A stretch of DNA of 64,000 bases from Octopus vulgaris (taxonomy: Eukaryota), in contig OX597814.1 in assembly GCA_951406725.2 (NCBI GenBank), positions 10,478,001-10,542,000 on the forward strand. Direction: 5' to 3'. Positions 56,708 to 64,000 of this stretch are shown here, in pieces. The position numbers and the translations under genes were made by a program. Each line of letters opens with the position of its first letter. Within the stretch, counting starts at the first letter, position 1. Below the pieces are notes generated by a model. That model was given only the letters and a program-made list of their open reading frames with translations. It searched no databases and had not been told where the DNA came from.

Positions 56708-57105
56708 GGCGCAGGAGTGGCTGTGTGGTAAATAGCTTGCTTACCAACCACATGGTTCCGGGTTCAGTCCCTCTGCGTGGCACCTTGGGCAAGTGTCTTC
56801 TACTATAGCCTCGAGCCGACCAAAGCCTTGTGAGTGGATTTGGTAGACGGAAACTGAAAGAAGCCCGTCGTATATATGTATGTATATATGCATGTGTGTG
56901 CTTGTGTGTCTGTGTTTGTCCCCCTAGTATTGCTTGACAACCGATGCTGGTGTGTTTATGTCCCCGTTACTTAGCGGTTCGGCAAAAGAGACCGATAGAA
57001 TAAGTACTGGGCTTACAAAGAATAAGTCCCGGGGTCAAGTTGCTCGATTAAAGGTGGTGCTCCAGCATGGCGGCAGTCAAATGACTGAAACAAGTAAAAG
57101 AGTAA
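56708..57105 (+). mobile_element. SINE family A, full length
   Basis: Near-consensus. Confidence 0.9.
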
Positions 57106-57574
57106 GTCAGGAGATATGGAAAATAATAGGAAAATGCGTTTTTACTTTTACATCGCAGTGAATTAATTCAAAAACTGTATTCTTGCAGTGAAATCATTAC
57201 AAAATACAATAATATGCATTTGCATTTCAAAAGAGATTATCAGAATCAAATTATTTCAAAAGACATTATTGCATATTCCGAAATACCATACCACATCAAA
57301 ATTACATTACTTCAAACTTATGGATTCCAAAATACGTTCAAATAATTTCAAAATTACTTATTAAACCCTTCAAAGTTTATAATTTCAAAAATAGGGCAAA
57401 GTAAATAATTTCAAACCAGTTTAATTTCTCACTGTAGTTATTCATTACAATGTACGTGTGCAATGGTTAGCTACTAGCTTTTATTTAATACATATATATG
57501 GGAATGTAAACATAGCAACACCAGCTGCTAAGCGGGTTACGGTAAACACAGACACACATATGTGCATATATAGT

Positions 57575-57605
<31 letters not shown>

Positions 57606-57656
57606 CAAATATGCATATATTCATACAAATATATATATATATGTGTATATATATAC

Positions 57657-58638
<982 letters not shown>

Positions 58639-59761
58639 CATTCATATACAAACACACTCTCACATTATATATATACCTATCTACATTTATATCTGTCTAT
58701 CTATCTATAGAGAAAGAGGGAGAGAGAGAGATAAAGAGACAGACAGGCAGACGATATGCCTTTGCACAATTACCATCGACAAAGTTGATGGAGTTGAGCT
58801 TTAAGCAGAAGGAATTTGCTCTTTGCACCACATAATGGTACCGAAACCGGAACGGCATGTATGCGAGTAGAACTACCTAACTGCCCGCACGTTAATATTG
58901 CTATATACAATTTCCTTCAGTATTTTCATTAAAACTGTATTTCTCATACTTGCTTACCTCACTCTCTCTCGCTCTCTCCCTCCGCCTCGATATTCATCTT
59001 TTCTTTTTTTTTCATATCACGTGTATGTGTCTGTGTGTTCGTACCTACCGCGCGCAAGCGTATGCGTGCCAGCATGTGCTTGCGTGAATATCTGTATAAG
59101 CCTGTGTGTGTATGTGTGTGTGTGTGTGTGTCTGCATCTTTTGCTGTACGTCTGTGCGTGTCAGCATGTTTGTTCGTTCGCCGTTCGTCCTTTGCCTTCG
59201 CCGTTCTTCCTTTTTTTTCTTCTTTTTCTGTTTGTCCAGGCGCCTAATTCAATATTTACTCAAGAGCTGAAGTGTCTGTTGGCAAACATGTTTAACCGCA
59301 CTCAAGTAGCGCCCCCTAAGGCAAAGGGTAATCGTTATAAGTGCTTACAGTGTGAACATGTTTATTTTCCTTGGTAACAACTTCACAACGGGGAATATAT
59401 CCTCAATCAAGTGACCAGCTGAATTAAAGACCTTCTTGAAATATTACCATTATTTACATTGTTTTTCTTTTTCTATGCCATGTTGTTGTTTTGTTTCTCG
59501 TTTTTGCATAAAAATCAACAACAATTGTTTTCCCCTTACATAAGTGGTGATCGCCGTAAGGCCACAAAAAAGAAAAAAAGGAAAAGCAAGCAGATTCAGA
59601 ACAGCAATGATCATGAGTTGGTTCCCAGGCATGGGGATGTGTAAAAAAAGAAAAAGAAAACTACTTCGGTTCTGAGTTCGATCCCAATTTGCAGCATCTC
59701 GGATAACTATTATTTTTTTGTTGTTGTTTTTTTTACCAGACCCTGAATAAAGCAATTATTC

Positions 59762-59999
59762 TTTTATTCTTTTAATTGTTTCAGTCATTTGACTGCGATC
59801 ATACTGGGGCACCGCCTTAAAGGATTTTTTTTTAGTCGAAGAAATAGAACCCAGGACTTATTCTTTGTCAGCCTAGTATTAATTCTATCGATTTCTTTGA
59901 CCAAACCGCTAAGTTACGGGGAATTAAGTACAACATCGGCTGTCAAGCGGTGGGGGAGGGGCAACAAACATAGGCACAAACGCACAAACGCACACACAA

Positions 60000-60005
<6 letters not shown>
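59762..60005 (-). mobile_element. SINE family A 3' half
   Basis: Ends at the internal microsatellite. Confidence 0.75.
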
Positions 60006-60042
<37 letters not shown>

Positions 60043-60043
<1 letters not shown>

Positions 60044-60270
60044 CGGGAAGCTTTACGGAAATAAACAAAAGACGAAGGCAGGTGGAATACAAACAAACAA
60101 TTGTATTAGTATGGCGCTCAGGAATAGAAATAAAACAAGTATTTTACGTTTCGAGCCTACGCTCTTCAACAGAAAGATACACAGAAAAGAAACACGGAGA
60201 GAAACAAGGAGAGAAAAAAATGCGTGCAGGAGCTAACGATTCAACATGGCGGTCTGATTTCAGCCAGAAG

Positions 60271-60273
<3 letters not shown>
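60043..60273 (-). mobile_element. (TA)n-embedded hammerhead-bearing element
   Basis: On the - strand at 60140-60177: UCUUU CUGUUGA A GAGC-guag-GCUC GAA ACGU A AAA (A6U core variant). (TA)n on both sides. Confidence 0.65.
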
Positions 60274-60334
<61 letters not shown>

Positions 60335-60357
60335 CAGCCAGAAGTCAGAGTTATATA

Positions 60358-61425
<1,068 letters not shown>

Positions 61426-61436
61426 TATATACATAC

Positions 61437-61600
61437 ACGACGGACTTTCAGTTTCCGGCTACCAAATCCACTCACAAGGCTTCGGTCGGTACGTGGCTAT
61501 AGTAAAAGACACTTACCCAAGGTACCACGCATGGGACTGAACCCAGAACGATGTTGATAGGAAGCAAGATTCTTACCATACAGCCATCCACATCTGTGCC
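61437..61600 (-). mobile_element. SINE family A 5' half
   Basis: Diverged head region. Confidence 0.7.
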
Positions 61601-61759
61601 TGGAGATAAAAACAAGCGGACGACATCAGTTTTTAGGAAGTAGGCTTTATGAAGTCTACTCTCTGATATGCATTCGACAAAACTCTTTCTCTTTTTCTTT
61701 TTTCGCTACCAGTCTCAATAATAGTAGTCGCTCAATAATAGTAGTCACAACAATAATAT

Positions 61760-61986
61760 ATTTCTTTATTGCCCACAAGGAGCTAAACATAGAGGGGACA
61801 AACAAGGACAGACGAACGGATTAAGTAGATTCTATCGACCCCAGTACGTAACTGGTACTTAATTCATCGACCCCGAAAAGATGAAAGGCAAAGTCGACCT
61901 CGGCGGAATTTGAACTCAGAACGTAAAGGCCAGACGAAATACGGCTACGCATTTTGCCCGGCGTGCTAACGTTTCTGCCAGCTCGC
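61760..61986 (-). mobile_element. SINE family B
   Basis: Near-consensus. Confidence 0.85.
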
Positions 61987-62039
61987 AATAATAGTCGCTG
62001 TTCTTCGTCGTAGGTCTCAGATACCTTTTACTTTTTTGC

Positions 62040-62277
62040 TTTTTACTTGTTTTAGTCATTAGACTGCGACCATACTGGGGCACTTATCTTGAAGAAGTTT
62101 AGTTGAACGAACCGACCCTGGTGCTTAATTTTCTTTTTAAACCTGTCACTTATTCTATCAGTGTCTTTTGCTGAACCGCTATGTAACGGGGACGTAAACA
62201 CAAACAATGGTTGTCAACCCGTGCTGGGAGACAAACACACACACAAGCACACAAACACACACACACACACACACACA
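62040..62277 (-). mobile_element. SINE family A 3' half
   Basis: Diverged. Confidence 0.7.
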
Positions 62278-62388
62278 TGTATGTATATGACATAATTCTT
62301 TTAGATTTTTTCAATCTCATTAGGTTTTTTTATTTCATTTATGTTACATGACGCTAAGCCTGCCTGCTTTTGTTATTGTTGCTTCTTG

Positions 62389-62616
62389 TTTCTTTACTAC
62401 CCATAAGGGGCTACACACATAGGGGACAAACAAGGACAGACAAACAGATTAAGTCGATTATATCGACCCCAGTACGTAGCTGGTAGTTATTTAATCGACC
62501 CCGAAAGGATGAAAGGCAAAGTCGACCTCGGCGGAATTTGAACTCAGAACGTAACGGCAGACGAAATATGGCTACGCTTTTCGCCCGGCGTGCTAACGAT
62601 TCTGCCAGCTCGCTCG
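62389..62616 (-). mobile_element. SINE family B
   Basis: TSD CTGCTTTTGTTATTGTTG on both sides. Confidence 0.85.
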
Positions 62617-63054
62617 CTGCTTTTGTTATTGTTGTTTCTGTTAACTACATACAACAGATGGATTTAACCTCTGAGGAGTTAAGTACCTTGCTCCCTCCCA
62701 GATGCGCAGCGTGTTTCGTTTTCGATTACAATGAAAAACATATCCAGAGCCGGATTAAAACCATCTGATGTCCTAAGAATACATCAACATCGTCTCCTTC
62801 TTTGCAAAACTAACAATACATTAAAATTATATGCGCTAAAAGCGAAATTTTCTCTCAGGCTAAACCCCACAACTATGTTAAATACTAGTTCGCTGAATTT
62901 TAACTTATTCAAAACTAAAAAAACAAAAAAAAAACAGGAATATAAACCAATAGTTTACTAAGAAAAATATGCAAGATTGCAACAGCTAAAAGAAATAAAT
63001 GAAAATGACGAAACTATTGCAATTAAACGTTTGCACCATTGTACATCTGGCATA

Positions 63055-63215
63055 GGTTCAGGAGTGGCTGTGTGGTAAGTAGCTTGCTTACTAACCACAT
63101 GGCTCCGGCTTCAGTCCCACTGCGTGGCACCTTGGGCAAGTGTCTTCTACTATAGCCTCGGACCGACCAAAGCCTTGAGTGGATTTGGTAAACGGAAACT
63201 GAAAGAAGCTTGTCG

Positions 63216-63292
<77 letters not shown>

Positions 63293-63531
63293 GTGTGTGT
63301 GTTTGTATGTATGTATATTTACATGTTTGTATGTCTGTGTTTGTCCCCCACCATCGCTTGACGACAGATGTTGGTGTGTTTACGTCCCCGTAAGATAGCG
63401 GTTCAGCAAATGAAACCGATAGAATAAGTAAGCGCTTGGCTGACAAAGAATAAATCCTGGGGTCGATTTGCTCGACTAAAGGTGGAGCTCCAGCATGGTC
63501 ACAGTCAAATGACTGAAACAAATAAAAGAAT
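63055..63531 (+). mobile_element. SINE family A with expanded internal (TG)n
   Basis: Near-consensus. Confidence 0.88.
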
Positions 63532-64000
63532 AGGTAAAAAAAGAACAAGGCACTATGACAGACCACCTCGGTAGGATTTGAGCCCAGGACGCTAATGAAC
63601 GTGACAAATAACTGCAAAGCATTTAAACTGGAACTATATTGTTGCTGCCTCACACCACCATTTCGGTGAGTTAGTTATTAGTGTCTAATTTAAGACAACA
63701 CCAGCAGGGTAGAGCATTAGTCGATAACACCGAACGCAGTTACTTGAATAGTTCTTTGTTTGATAGTCCCTGGAGAGAAGAAGGATTAAGTTTCCCTCGA
63801 TGGGATTTGAACTCAGGATGTAAAGAGTGAAAAAACTACCGCAAAGCTTGTTTATTTATTTATTTTTTCCAACGCCATGAAGAAATCTGCCAGCTCGCTG
63901 CCTTCGGGTGGCCAGGTATTAAAAAGAAAAATATCATGATTGTATCTAAACTGGGAAATGTCTTGTTAGGATCAGAATCTATTATCATAAGACCTGCCTA

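Overview
AT-rich, microsatellite-saturated eukaryotic non-coding DNA. The SINE families resemble those I recall from cephalopod (Octopus-like) genomes; the taxon is an inference. I see no supportable intact host gene, and almost all listed ORFs are translations of simple repeats. Recognisable content: four tRNA-derived SINE families (about 30 copies or fragments), two 5'-truncated CR1-clade LINEs inside (TA)n, a decayed R4/Dong-like RLE retroelement fragment, a decayed Penelope-like GIY-YIG fragment, a mariner-type MITE and large tandem repeats. The main hidden signal is a set of short non-autonomous elements, mostly inside (TA)n tracts. They carry minimal type-I hammerhead ribozyme motifs with palindromic stem III and several core variants. 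Many are head-to-head fold-backs with both 3' ends pointing outward. Some share a covarying 3'-terminal hairpin, and two divergent families end in a codon-conserved 27-aa micro-ORF. All folds and alignments were done by eye.
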